Source: an uncultured Sarcina sp. (lineage in GTDB: Bacteria; Bacillota; Clostridia; Lachnospirales; Lachnospiraceae). From it: a stretch of 47,666 nt of DNA. Below, in pieces: positions 1-9,733 of this stretch (position 1 is the first letter of the stretch; every line of letters starts with the position of its first letter). The position numbers were made by a program, and so were the translations under genes. The DNA lies in contig CAYLUU010000001.1 in NCBI GenBank assembly GCA_964386925.1, positions 1 to 47,666 of the forward strand, written 5' to 3'. A model generated the notes under the pieces. It had not been told where the DNA came from. It searched no databases and was given only the letters and a program-made list of their open reading frames with translations.

Positions 1-71
1 GTACTTCTTTCGAAGTGTTCCTGACTGGCAGGTTTCTTTTGTGTTGCTCTCTCGTGAGAAGCAACTTTGAT

Positions 72-100
72 AGGATAACTCAGATCGTTTTGTTTGTCAA
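72..100 (-). promoter_or_regulatory. Sigma-A promoter (rrn P2-like) firing leftwards out of the window
   Basis: Minus strand TTGACA (95-100), 17 bp, TATCCT (72-77); A/T-tract UP-like element at about 105-130. Confidence 0.7.
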
Positions 101-177
101 CAACTTTTTTTAAATTTCTTTTTGAAAATTATTGAGCTGTTACTTTTTCGATCTAATTCCCTCAAACAGCGAATCGT

Positions 178-206
178 ATTTTATCATCACTGTTTTCGAA
201 TTGCAA
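178..206 (-). promoter_or_regulatory. Sigma-A promoter (rrn P1-like), tandem with the one at 72-100
   Basis: Minus strand TTGCAA (201-206), 17 bp, TGA-TAAAAT extended -10 (178-186); A-tracts upstream at about 211-227. Confidence 0.65.
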
Positions 207-248
207 GCTCTTTTTTTACTTTTTTTTCATTTCCTATTGCTTGCAAAA

Positions 249-338
249 CGGAGAAAGCGGGATTTGAACCCGCGCGCCGGCGTTAACCGACCTACACCCT
301 TAGCAGGGGCGCCTCTTCAGCCTCTTGAGTATTTCTCC
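249..338 (-). tRNA. tRNA-Ser (anticodon GCT), long variable arm, CCA not encoded
   Basis: Reverse complement reads GGAGAAATACTCAAGAGGCTGAAGAGGCGCCCCT-GCT-AAGGGTG...GGTTCAAATCCCGCTTTCTCCG: acceptor stem, T-loop GTTCAAATC, discriminator G. Confidence 0.97.
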
Positions 339-412
339 AAAGCCTGAATCCAAGGTTTCCTTGGCCAAGTTTTATCCGCTCTTTACAATTTCTTTCGAGT
401 GAACATTTTCAG

Positions 413-441
413 ATTATACATATGCGGTATGCAAATGTCAA
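413..441 (-). promoter_or_regulatory. Consensus sigma-A promoter of tRNA-Ser
   Basis: Perfect TTGACA (436-441), 17 bp, TATAAT (413-418); the -35 overlaps the stop codon of the upstream hydro-lyase gene. Confidence 0.85.
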
Positions 442-995
442 TCGCAAGATATTGTGCCTTCTGCAACACGCTGATACATATTTGTTCCCCTCGAATCAAT
501 TACAACAATTGCCGGAAAGTTTTCGATTGTAAGCCTGCGAATTGCTTCCGTCCCTAGATCCTCATAAGCAATTACCTCCGCTTTTGTAATGCATTTAGAC
601 AATAAAGCACCCGCACCTCCGATCGCAGCAAAGTAAACTGCTTCATTTTGAACGATTGCATCCTGAACTGCCTGCGTTCTTTTTCCTTTCCCTATCATTC
701 CGGACAATCCCAAATTCAACAGGTGCGGCGTATACTTATCCATTCTGCTGGCTGTTGTTGGCCCCGCAGAGCCAATCACGGCTCCTTCTCTTGCAGGAGA
801 AGGCCCCATGTAGTAAATAACATTCCCTTCAATCGAGAATGGCAGTTCTTCTCCTCGTTCCAGAGTCTCATTCATCCTCTTGTGAGCAGCATCACGAGCC
901 GTATAGACCGTTCCCGATAAATAAACCATATCCCCAGCTCTTAATTCAGCCGCTTCCTTCTTATCAAAGGGTACATGAATATATTTCGTCATCAT
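438..995 (-). CDS. Fe-S hydro-lyase (class I fumarate hydratase/tartrate dehydratase) beta subunit
   Basis: Motifs TARDAAHKR, GSAGPTTASRMD, MIGKG, DLGTEAIR. Confidence 0.92.
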   Translation of the reverse strand: MMTKYIHVPFDKKEAAELRAGDMVYLSGTVYTARDAAHKRMNETLERGEELPFSIEGNVIYYMGPSPAREGAVIGSAGPTTASRMDKYTPHLLNLGLSGMIGKGKRTQAVQDAIVQNEAVYFAAIGGAGALLSKCITKAEVIAYEDLGTEAIRRLTIENFPAIVVIDSRGTNMYQRVAEGTISCD

Positions 996-1066
996 TTATC
1001 CTCATCCGAAATCACTTTAAAGAAAGGCTGTATGAATCATCCTTTCTTAAATATCAATTCTCTGCA

Positions 1067-1918
1067 TTAAATCACCCTGGTTTCATGCCGATTTACATGA
1101 CAGCAGATATTTACACCAACAGGCAATCCAGCAATATGGGTCGGATAGCTTAGAATACGGACACTCAGCGCTGTGGTTGATCCTCCCAATCCTGCCGGTC
1201 CCAGCCCCAATTGATTGATTTCTTTCAAAATTCGTTCTTCCAGTTCACGTATGTGCGGCAATTCAGAACATCCTTTTGTATCCATCGTCAGTGCCTTTTT
1301 AGCCATAATGGCGCACTTTTCAAAGTCACCACCGATTCCAACTCCGACTACCATTGGAGGACAGGCATTGGGGCCGGCATCACGAACAGCCTGTACTACA
1401 GCGTGCACCACGCCATCCTCGCCATCCGCCGGCTTAAGCATAAATACCCTGCTCATGTTCTCACTTCCAAATCCTTTAGGTGCAACAGTAATACGGATTT
1501 GATCTCCCGGAATGATTGTTGTGTGCAGTATGGCTGGTGTATTATCCCTCGTGTTCACCCTTAAAAGTGGATCTGCAACGACAGATTTGCGCAGGTATCC
1601 CTCAGTATATCCTTGACGAACGCCTTCATTAACAGCGTCCATCAGATCCCCACCAATCAGATGCACATCTTGCCCCAATTCCATGAATACAATTGCCATT
1701 CCTGTATCCTGACAAATTGGAATAGCATCACTTTTTGCGATTTCCAGATTTTCTTCCAACTGCTGCAGAATCTGTTTCCCAAGGACCGATGTTTCTGATT
1801 TTGCCGCATCAGTAAGCTTCTCTTTCATATCCTCTGACAGCTCATAATTTGCCGCAATGCACATTTCCTTTACAGCTGCTGTGACTTCTGCAACATCAAT
1901 CTCACGAATACTCTGCAT
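1067..1918 (-). CDS. Fe-S hydro-lyase (class I fumarate hydratase/tartrate dehydratase) alpha subunit
   Basis: Motifs PICQDTG, LRKSVV, PKGFGSEN, NACPP, GPAGLGG, NICCH. Confidence 0.92.
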   Translation of the reverse strand: MQSIREIDVAEVTAAVKEMCIAANYELSEDMKEKLTDAAKSETSVLGKQILQQLEENLEIAKSDAIPICQDTGMAIVFMELGQDVHLIGGDLMDAVNEGVRQGYTEGYLRKSVVADPLLRVNTRDNTPAILHTTIIPGDQIRITVAPKGFGSENMSRVFMLKPADGEDGVVHAVVQAVRDAGPNACPPMVVGVGIGGDFEKCAIMAKKALTMDTKGCSELPHIRELEERILKEINQLGLGPAGLGGSTTALSVRILSYPTHIAGLPVGVNICCHVNRHETRVI

Positions 1919-1933
1919 CTTGTATCCTCATCC

Positions 1934-2350
1934 TTACATTCCGACAACAATCGCTTCCCGCACGGCATCCAGTTCTTCCGGTGCAGCCTCCTGCGGATTC
2001 CATCCTATACTCTGCCCATCATCCTCATATCGAGGGATAATGTGGAGATGGAAATGCTCCACCGTCTGTCCGGCAACAGTTCCATTATTCTGAACCAGAT
2101 TGAGTCCGTCCGCTCCCAGCTGTTTCTTCTCCACTGCAGCGATCTTTTTTGCCAGCTTCATCGCATCTGCTGCCAGAGCTTCCGGAAGCTCAAACAAATT
2201 TGCATAGTGTTCCTTTGGCAAAACCAAAGAATGTCCTTTTGCTGCCGGTCCCATATCCAGAATGACACGGAATTTCTCATCCTCATACAAAGTCCTGGAC
2301 GGAATTTCTCCATTTGCTATTTTGCAGAAAATACAGTTCTCATTCTTCAT
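1934..2350 (-). CDS. HIT family nucleotide hydrolase
   Basis: N-terminal CIFCKI; histidine triad HFHLH. Confidence 0.95.
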   Translation of the reverse strand: MKNENCIFCKIANGEIPSRTLYEDEKFRVILDMGPAAKGHSLVLPKEHYANLFELPEALAADAMKLAKKIAAVEKKQLGADGLNLVQNNGTVAGQTVEHFHLHIIPRYEDDGQSIGWNPQEAAPEELDAVREAIVVGM

Positions 2351-2462
2351 TGCTGCCTCTTTTCTCTAAAATTCCTGTAATCACTCAGAGCTCATTTGCA
2401 AAGCCAGTGCAGAACAGCATTTCTTTGCCTCTGCAGCAGTCTTCCAATATTTGCTTCCACAA

Positions 2463-3527
2463 TCATAGCACACCTTCCGACTGTGTCATCGCATTCCTGC
2501 GTCTTTCTTCTTTATCCTCTTCTTCCTTCTGTGCCTGTTTCTTCCCATGTTTCCAGGTTCGAATGAGCCCGTATATTGCTGAGAACATCGTCATCCCAAG
2601 ACAGAAAAACATCCCTGCACGCACTGCGAACAATTCTTCCTCCGACAATTGCAATCGAAGACCTGTAATAAGAAATCCTGCTGCCGCTGCTCCGAATAAT
2701 ATTGTTACAAGCAGCATTTTCATCGGCGATGCTTCTTCTTTGTCTCTTACTCCTTTTTTGCCTTTTTTTCTTTGCTCTAATTTTCTGTTTGTTCTTCCTG
2801 AAGCATCCGCCTTTTTAATGTCGATTTCATCTTCCGTTTCCCAACGCTGCCGATCATAACGACTGGTATTCATCGAATCTCTTGGATTTCTCCATTCATT
2901 CTCAAACTCAGCGGTTTCACCTTCACCTGCAACTTCATTCTCCCGTTTTTCGGGTATCTCCGGGCCTCTGGCCATTGCGTACTCGTGATCCAGTAGTTCG
3001 GTTTTCAGAATAAACCCCGTGTTCTCAGACAGCTCACACAGACGAAATGTAACAATTCTTGATATTTCATCATCCGGGTCAATTCGTTCCGCAAGATATT
3101 CAAAAAGTGCCGTTTGATGTCCCTCTTGCTGCACTCCCGGATAATAGGTAAAGCAATATTTTTCCTGCTCATAATCATAGAAAATGTACTCCGGATCCAT
3201 CAGCAGGCACGTAGCATCCAGAAGAAACTCTGATAGAGCCCGAACCATGGATGCTGCCGCATAAAGAAATATTTTCAGTTCTTCTCCATCCATCAGATGC
3301 TGCTCGTATCTTCTTGCAATGCTTTGTCTGGATGTAATGCTGTAATATAAGAAACTTTCTCCATCAATTACACGGATGCTGCATGGCAACAGGCCAGGAA
3401 TTCGGTTCACTGCCAGCATCCTGTACTGGTAGTCTCCCTGCACATCCTGCGGGCATCGCAAAACGATATAATTTGACAACGCATCCGAATAAAACCTATG
3501 CTTTGCTTCTGTTTCCTGATAATTCAT
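2463..3527 (-). CDS. DUF6382-like protein with C-terminal transmembrane helices, last gene of the Tad locus
   Basis: YQYRMLAVNRIPGLL...LYYSITS N-terminal pattern; two hydrophobic segments; position typical of Clostridia tad loci. Confidence 0.65.
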   Translation of the reverse strand: MNYQETEAKHRFYSDALSNYIVLRCPQDVQGDYQYRMLAVNRIPGLLPCSIRVIDGESFLYYSITSRQSIARRYEQHLMDGEELKIFLYAAASMVRALSEFLLDATCLLMDPEYIFYDYEQEKYCFTYYPGVQQEGHQTALFEYLAERIDPDDEISRIVTFRLCELSENTGFILKTELLDHEYAMARGPEIPEKRENEVAGEGETAEFENEWRNPRDSMNTSRYDRQRWETEDEIDIKKADASGRTNRKLEQRKKGKKGVRDKEEASPMKMLLVTILFGAAAAGFLITGLRLQLSEEELFAVRAGMFFCLGMTMFSAIYGLIRTWKHGKKQAQKEEEDKEERRRNAMTQSEGVL

Positions 3528-3619
3528 CCCTTTTCTCCATGTTTTATTCCTTGCCGCAAGTCTTTAATCGCCCGTTGCGGGCTACGCTGACGATTTTCTA
3601 AAAAACGGCATCTATTTCT

Positions 3620-4093
3620 TCAGCTTTCTGCAATTTTAGTCAACATATATGTTTTCCTGCGTACGCTTCGAATGCTCCAAGATGGATCTGTTTTCCGTGC
3701 TGACGAATGAAAGGTTGCCTCCCATATATCCCGCGGCATCAGAAAATAGCTGCCGAAGGATGTTGGAAGAACTTTTGCCGTTCCCTCATATATACAGTTC
3801 TTTCCATCTGCCGAGGCAGTTGTTTCCAGACTGCTCACTGCAAAATACTTGCTCCCAAACTGGCGCTGCTCATTTTCCTTGATTTTGTCCGGACGAATCG
3901 TCGGTGTTCCTTCCTCACGTCGTATGCTTTCCCGAAAGCAAAGTACATACGCATCCTGTGAAAAACAACACCGATCGTATAAAAAGAAAGATACATAGAT
4001 CAGAATCACACAGATACATAGAACCATCGGCATAATAAGAGATGCCTCTACCGTCATATAGGCAGAGATTCTAAAATCATTTTTCCTTTTCAA
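3620..4093 (-). CDS. TadE-like minor pilin (start uncertain; TTG overlapping the upstream stop chosen, ORF track extends to 4207)
   Basis: AYMTVEASLIMP prepilin motif followed by a hydrophobic helix. Confidence 0.75.
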   Translation of the reverse strand: MKRKNDFRISAYMTVEASLIMPMVLCICVILIYVSFFLYDRCCFSQDAYVLCFRESIRREEGTPTIRPDKIKENEQRQFGSKYFAVSSLETTASADGKNCIYEGTAKVLPTSFGSYFLMPRDIWEATFHSSARKTDPSWSIRSVRRKTYMLTKIAES

Positions 4094-4545
4094 ATTCCAA
4101 TGACACTTCCAGCCATCCACAGCAAAACCCCCGCCAGAGAAAATGGGACAAACGGAATCCTTGTCTTTCGTCCTGCTCTTTTCATGATCAGCAGTCCCGC
4201 GCTCCACAGAAAAACAAATGCCAGGCTAAGGGCAAATGCCGCCCAACAATCCTCTGCGCTGCATAAAGCTCCGATTACCAGCCAAACCAATCCATCGCCT
4301 GCTCCAACTCCTCCTCTTGCTGCAATCCCTATTCCCGTTAAAAGAAGTCCGGGAGCCAATGCAATCAATCCATCCAACAATGTCAGACTGCCTCTTGAAT
4401 ATTCAAGGATCATCCATCCAGTTCCTCCGGCCACCCAGCACACCAGCCAGCGAAGCCCTACCGATTGACTCCGCAGATCCTCCCAACTGCTGATAGCCAG
4501 AAACACAAGAAGCAGAATTACCGATATATTTACCTTCTCCAACAT
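4090..4545 (-). CDS. Prepilin peptidase, A24 family (TadV-like); start uncertain
   Basis: WEDL and GAGD catalytic Asp motifs, C-terminal IPFVPF, multiple TM helices. Confidence 0.85.
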   Translation of the reverse strand: MLEKVNISVILLLVFLAISSWEDLRSQSVGLRWLVCWVAGGTGWMILEYSRGSLTLLDGLIALAPGLLLTGIGIAARGGVGAGDGLVWLVIGALCSAEDCWAAFALSLAFVFLWSAGLLIMKRAGRKTRIPFVPFSLAGVLLWMAGSVIGI

Positions 4546-4561
4546 TTCCTGCCTCGCACTT

Positions 4562-5530
4562 CTATCCACCACACTTTGAGCATGCTCTTCTCGTTTTTTC
4601 TGCTTCTGAAAGCGAAATAGATTCAACATCATGCCAAATGGCTGTACAGGATGCAGACGAATGATAACGATTTCCCTCTTCTGCAATGACAACCGTTCCG
4701 CTTTTTGCCGGTTTGCAGCGCTCGCACGCATAATATTTGGATCCGTCATTGCTTCGTTCCTGATCCAGCTGATCTGCCTGTACGGATCGAATGGAAGGCT
4801 TCAGATAGGTGCAGTTTCTATCCTTGTGATACACGATCCCTGTTCTTGCAATGTACACAATGGCCCTATCGTCTTCTTCCTTTGAACCGTTTTCTCCTGT
4901 GCTCCCACGCGAATACCCCACCCAAGCGTGGCCATAGTAACGTGCCTGCGCTGACATATTTTGTAATCCAAATAATGGAAGAAACGGTTTTATGCGATAG
5001 TCCGCTGTGATATCAACTATGTCATCCCCATTCAGTACAGACGAATTCAGGTAAGAAATGCCACCGGCTCCCCCTTGCAGGCAGGAATTATTCAGTAAAG
5101 AACTTCCCAGATGCTTTTCTACCTTGCTGCGAATATAGGTTTCCGAAATCACAAAGGAAGAGATTGCCTGTCCTGTTCCATCATTTTCAGAATATCCTGC
5201 TGTTTCCTCCTGCGTCCCAAGAATTTCTCCCAATGCATCGGATCCATATCGCAGATAATACGCATACTCCGATACTTGTGTCCCAGTCTCATGAAGAGCC
5301 GACAGCATGCTGCTCTCCAGTCGAATCATTTCAAACACATATAGAATCTCTGCCATGAAGAAAATAAAAAGTGGCAATACCAGTGCCGCCTCTACTGTCA
5401 TGCTGGCGCGCAGAACAAAGGCCGGAAATAATGCCCTCCTGACACTTGCATCCCGGAGAGGCTTTGTTTTGTAATTGGAATGTTTGATTTTCTTTTTTAG
5501 CCAGAGAGGGCATAATTTCCGGTCTTTCAT
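4562..5530 (-). CDS. TadE-family minor pilin with C-terminal tandem Cys/His modules; start uncertain
   Basis: ASMTVEAALVLP prepilin motif; C-terminal YHKDRNC...ACERC and YHSSASC...ACSKC. Confidence 0.8.
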   Translation of the reverse strand: MKDRKLCPLWLKKKIKHSNYKTKPLRDASVRRALFPAFVLRASMTVEAALVLPLFIFFMAEILYVFEMIRLESSMLSALHETGTQVSEYAYYLRYGSDALGEILGTQEETAGYSENDGTGQAISSFVISETYIRSKVEKHLGSSLLNNSCLQGGAGGISYLNSSVLNGDDIVDITADYRIKPFLPLFGLQNMSAQARYYGHAWVGYSRGSTGENGSKEEDDRAIVYIARTGIVYHKDRNCTYLKPSIRSVQADQLDQERSNDGSKYYACERCKPAKSGTVVIAEEGNRYHSSASCTAIWHDVESISLSEAEKTRRACSKCGG

Positions 5531-5537
5531 CTTGTCT

Positions 5538-7151
5538 TCACTCGTAGCTACCTTCCCTTTGAATCTGATATTGATAGCCAAATGAACTTGTCACGCTCGC
5601 TTCCATAACAAATGCATCAAGACAGCCATCCATTCGAAAAGAATTGCTTCCTTCCGCCTTTCGTATATCCATTTCCATCACATCCATCAGACGGTAATCC
5701 CGCATATCTCCATTTTCCAGAAAGAGCAGCATGCGTACATACCCGGTGTAATCCAATCCACTGCCGCCGCTGCCTCCATCGGCACCCAAACCCGGTTTAA
5801 AAATGGAAAGGAGAGATGTTTTCCAGGTATCAGATGTTTTCATCATTGGAACCTTCCCGCCCGCAAATAAAATTTTCAGATCATTTACGGACTCTGCAAA
5901 GCTCCAGGCAAGCAAAATGGCAGTTGTAAAAATCTCTTCCAGCTCCGGGCACAGACACAGCAAAGATGCAATGGTTCCCCATATCTTTGCCTCGCTCTTT
6001 TTCCCGGAGTCCGACATAACAAACATCGTGTTCGCAGCCAGCCGAATCAACAGCAGCGTTTCCGCTGTCTTCTCCAGATTCTCCCGATCAGATCCGCACC
6101 CATTCAGAAGATATTCCATCTGATACTGCAGCCTTCCCTTTTCCAACGGATGCTGGTAATTACCGCATTTCTCGGAAATATACTCATTCATCAGAAGTGC
6201 GTCCGCCTGGGAATAATGATGACTGTTCTCCGGAATCCATCCTGTTCCCTGATTCCATGATCTGGAGGAAAGGAAAGATGCCGCATCTATGCTTTCTCCG
6301 CTGACAGAGGAATCCGTTCCCATTGCTAATGTGAGAATCGGCGTATTCCACGCAATATTTACTTCCTTCCATGGATCTGCAGCATGCTCTTCATCAATTC
6401 CATTGGCCTGTGCATACTCCAGTGCCTCCGCCGTATTCTCATCCTCTTCGGTTTCCTCGGAGTTTTCTTCTGCATTCTCACTTTTATGCTTTCTTCGTTC
6501 TCTGGCAGCCTCCAGTCCTTCCCTCAACTGTTCTTCGTTCTGCCCCTTTTGCCGTGACCACTCTGTCAAATCAAAACCAAAACCGTTATATCCATTCGCG
6601 TTTTCCAGAACTGCAGATGTGAGACTTCCGATTGGTTCTGCCGACAGATATGCATTTACCTGTTCCCGCAAAACGCCGCAGCCATCATCCAGTGCATATC
6701 TGGTTTCTGTAACAGACAGATCCGACAGAAATGTTCTCGTAAAATCTGCACTTCCTGCTCGCTGTATTCCTCCGGAGGAAAGATTTTGATTAAGATATTG
6801 CTGAAGATGGGCCTTTAGATTATCTGTCCCGGGGCTTCCGCCGCCGTAGGAAGTATCCACCATAAGAAGATCGTATTGGATTAATAATTCCTTACTGAAT
6901 TCTGCCAGAACGGAGTTTACCGCAGTATCTGCCGATAATTCTGTTTGCAGACGCACTGCATTTCGCCTGGCTCCGTCCAGCAGAACGAATATCAGTGAAA
7001 GAATAATTGGAATAACCAATGCCAGAAAAACAGTCAGATACCCTCCAACTTTCCGGTATTTTCTTCCCCCTACTCTGTTTTTCCGGTTACTATTCCCGAG
7101 ACAGGATATCTTACCCCAGCACATCATTACTCTTGCTGGTAATCGTCTCAA
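5538..7151 (-). CDS. DUF5702-like large pilin-type protein (TadG-like); true start probably downstream of 7151
   Basis: GYLTVFLAL prepilin-like N-terminus; LQYQMEYLLNG...D..N, GGKVP and LDY..Y motifs. Confidence 0.75.
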   Translation of the reverse strand: MRRLPARVMMCWGKISCLGNSNRKNRVGGRKYRKVGGYLTVFLALVIPIILSLIFVLLDGARRNAVRLQTELSADTAVNSVLAEFSKELLIQYDLLMVDTSYGGGSPGTDNLKAHLQQYLNQNLSSGGIQRAGSADFTRTFLSDLSVTETRYALDDGCGVLREQVNAYLSAEPIGSLTSAVLENANGYNGFGFDLTEWSRQKGQNEEQLREGLEAARERRKHKSENAEENSEETEEDENTAEALEYAQANGIDEEHAADPWKEVNIAWNTPILTLAMGTDSSVSGESIDAASFLSSRSWNQGTGWIPENSHHYSQADALLMNEYISEKCGNYQHPLEKGRLQYQMEYLLNGCGSDRENLEKTAETLLLIRLAANTMFVMSDSGKKSEAKIWGTIASLLCLCPELEEIFTTAILLAWSFAESVNDLKILFAGGKVPMMKTSDTWKTSLLSIFKPGLGADGGSGGSGLDYTGYVRMLLFLENGDMRDYRLMDVMEMDIRKAEGSNSFRMDGCLDAFVMEASVTSSFGYQYQIQREGSYE

Positions 7152-7356
7152 AAATTGTATTTACCAGCGAGGTAAGCTGTTTCTTAAATATAATGACCAG
7201 TCCAATCAGAACGACGATGATCAGAATAAGCTCTACCGTTCCCATTCCTGACTCATCGGACAGAATGGATTTCCCATTTTGTATTTTATTTTTTATTTTC
7301 TGAAGCTTGCTCTTGCATTTACTGTCCAGCGTGTACATAAACATCGGATAATGCAT
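7111..7356 (-). CDS. Flp1-family type IVb/c major pilin
   Basis: DESG|MGTVELILIIVVLIGLV cleavage motif with E+5; short helix-only mature pilin. Confidence 0.9.
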   Translation of the reverse strand: MHYPMFMYTLDSKCKSKLQKIKNKIQNGKSILSDESGMGTVELILIIVVLIGLVIIFKKQLTSLVNTIFETITSKSNDVLG

Positions 7357-7382
7357 TGCTATACCCCCATCTTCCTTTCGGC

Positions 7383-8930
7383 TTACAGCGAAAAACTAAA
7401 ATATGCCGGCACCATAATGATGACCAATGTTATTCCTAGCATCATCAGCATTGGCAGCAACAGGCGTGTTCCGGCCTCTTCTCCCATTTGACGTGCGATT
7501 GCCCTGCGCTCTTCAAAGGATCTGTCCGCTTCCTCCTGAAGTGCCTTCAAAAGAGCTCCGTTTCCTTTGGTCAGATTTGCTGTCAGCAAGGCACTGAGCT
7601 TGGAATACCGGCTTGACCTACACCGCTTTCCAAAATCTATACAGGCGGCTGTCTCGGATATCCCATTATCCAGTTCCCGACAGACCAACAGAATTTCTTC
7701 ATATACATATCGTTTGTCACCTCCCTTCCTGCATTTGCGCATATATTCTTCTCCCAGTCGGTAGAATATGTTCCGAATACTCATTCCTGCTCCAAGAAAT
7801 AAAGTCATCTTGCTGACAACCAACGGATAATCCAAAGCCATTTCACGTTCCCGTTTCTGCATGGTCCGATGAAGTTCCTGATCCTTGCCAACTGCCGCTA
7901 AAATTCCTGCCACAGTAATCAACAGGAACAGCGTCAGATTCACCTCTTCCTTTTGTTCTGTCCATTGAACAGCAATTCCATCTATAACAGACGGGAGCTG
8001 TATTCGATCCTTCTGTGCGGACTGCTCCTCTTCTTTGCTCAGTTCCTCCTCAATCGACCGGTTCCGCTTTTGTTCCTCACTCATAGAGATTGGAAACACC
8101 AACACCTCATATTCCTGCTGCCAGGTCATCGTTTCATAACGCAGTATCGCCGTCAGAGAAACTCTCTTCGGCTCGCCGGAGGTCACACGATCCGCCCGCA
8201 CAGTTCCATCCGTGTCAATCAGTTCATAGCTGCTGCTCTCCCAACTGATCTGAAACGGATAGCCTTCTACTTTTCGTTCCAGTACAATATTTTCAGTGAC
8301 ATAGCTAAGGCTCTGATTTTCTCCCTTTACTCTTTCCGGAAGACTTCTCAGCAGTTCCTCTGCCATTTCCTCTGCCTGTTCCTCTGAATACAACCGGCTC
8401 TCTACCACGATGTCGTACTTTCCCAGATCCAGCGTTTCTTCATCTTCTCTGCCCGTTGCCTTTGCTGTAACGGATATGGCTTCCTCCTGATAGTCCGGCC
8501 GAAGAATTGTCCCATCTGCCTGGATCACATCCTGCTGCCATTCCGAAATCCACAATGCAAATCCCAGTACCGTCCCCGCTGCCAAAAAGGTCAGAAACAA
8601 CTGAATTTTTCCAATTTGGTATCTTGCTTCTTCCCTTCCCGGTCGGGAAGATGGATACAGTATCATCAGATCGTTCTGCACTGCTTCTGCCGAAAACAAA
8701 TGCAAATGATCCTCGAATTTTCTCTTCCACCTCCCGCAAATCTTCCGATACAGATATACCGACATTCTTCGCAGCACAGCTTCGATTCCCGTTGGTGCAG
8801 GAGACGCCAAAAAAGGTTCCTCTCTGGATAAAAAGGCAATTATCAGAAATGCTGTGAATATGAGAATGTACAGTGCCAGCGTTACGATTTGACTTATTTC
8901 CATTGCATTCTCCAGATAATGTTTTCTCAC
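7383..8930 (-). CDS. TadC-like T2SSF membrane platform protein with large extracellular region
   Basis: LFLGAGMS and GEEAGTRLLLPM T2SSF motifs; follows tadB-like gene. Confidence 0.8.
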   Translation of the reverse strand: MRKHYLENAMEISQIVTLALYILIFTAFLIIAFLSREEPFLASPAPTGIEAVLRRMSVYLYRKICGRWKRKFEDHLHLFSAEAVQNDLMILYPSSRPGREEARYQIGKIQLFLTFLAAGTVLGFALWISEWQQDVIQADGTILRPDYQEEAISVTAKATGREDEETLDLGKYDIVVESRLYSEEQAEEMAEELLRSLPERVKGENQSLSYVTENIVLERKVEGYPFQISWESSSYELIDTDGTVRADRVTSGEPKRVSLTAILRYETMTWQQEYEVLVFPISMSEEQKRNRSIEEELSKEEEQSAQKDRIQLPSVIDGIAVQWTEQKEEVNLTLFLLITVAGILAAVGKDQELHRTMQKREREMALDYPLVVSKMTLFLGAGMSIRNIFYRLGEEYMRKCRKGGDKRYVYEEILLVCRELDNGISETAACIDFGKRCRSSRYSKLSALLTANLTKGNGALLKALQEEADRSFEERRAIARQMGEEAGTRLLLPMLMMLGITLVIIMVPAYFSFSL

Positions 8931-9733
8931 ACTTGAATGGAAATGATTTTCTCAGAAATACAGAAGGCTGCTGTATAGACAGCCAGACACGCCGTCATGA
9001 TCATGATTCCTGCCGGATTGTGATACAGAACATCAAAAAATCCACGTGACGTGATTCCGATATAGGCAATAATCCCAAAGGGAACAACATCCATAATGAG
9101 CTGTTCCAGCCTTCGGCTGCTGACCAGAATGCTGATTTCCCGTTCCACATCAATTCGATTCTGAATCTGTGTAATCGTTCTCTGCAAAATTTCTGTCATA
9201 TTGCCTCCACTCTTTCTGGCAATAGTGAACACCTCTGCAAAATCCTGTATTTCTTCCGAGCCGCTTTGCGCAGCAAATTCTGTGAGCAGTTTTTCCAATG
9301 GCACATTGTTGTCCAGACCACCCGCGATCTTATTAAGCGCCTTTCCAATCTCACTTCCGCTGCCATAGAGGAATTCCATTTCCCCCTCGGCCTCACGAAA
9401 TGCATTCTCACAGGAATATCCAGCTTTCAGTGCTGTCAGAATGCTGTTCATACACTCTTTGAATTCCAGCACAAGCTTTCTGCACCTCTTGTCCTCCTGC
9501 GTTCGTTTCCTTCTCATATAAATTGGAATCACCAGAGGGAAAAGAAAAACGGCTGCAAATAGCGACGCGTAAAACACCTCCGCTATAAAAAGAATAACAA
9601 TCGTGCCTTCCAGCAAAAGCCACGCGGATCTTTTATCCTTTCGAAAGTCGAATTCCCGAAAGCTCCAATTTAGAAGTTCTGCAAAGCGTTCCTTCGCGGA
9701 TCCACTCGCCTTCAATCCTTCCATCCGTCTCAC
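8927..9733 (-). CDS. TadB-like T2SSF membrane protein (start probably downstream of 9733)
   Basis: ALKAGYSCENAF, ARKSGGNM, DVLYHNPAG motifs. Confidence 0.85.
   Translation of the reverse strand: MRRMEGLKASGSAKERFAELLNWSFREFDFRKDKRSAWLLLEGTIVILFIAEVFYASLFAAVFLFPLVIPIYMRRKRTQEDKRCRKLVLEFKECMNSILTALKAGYSCENAFREAEGEMEFLYGSGSEIGKALNKIAGGLDNNVPLEKLLTEFAAQSGSEEIQDFAEVFTIARKSGGNMTEILQRTITQIQNRIDVEREISILVSSRRLEQLIMDVVPFGIIAYIGITSRGFFDVLYHNPAGIMIMTACLAVYTAAFCISEKIISIQV

Noticed and set aside
132..347. 71-aa ORF
   Set aside because: Antisense to tRNA-Ser and promoter DNA
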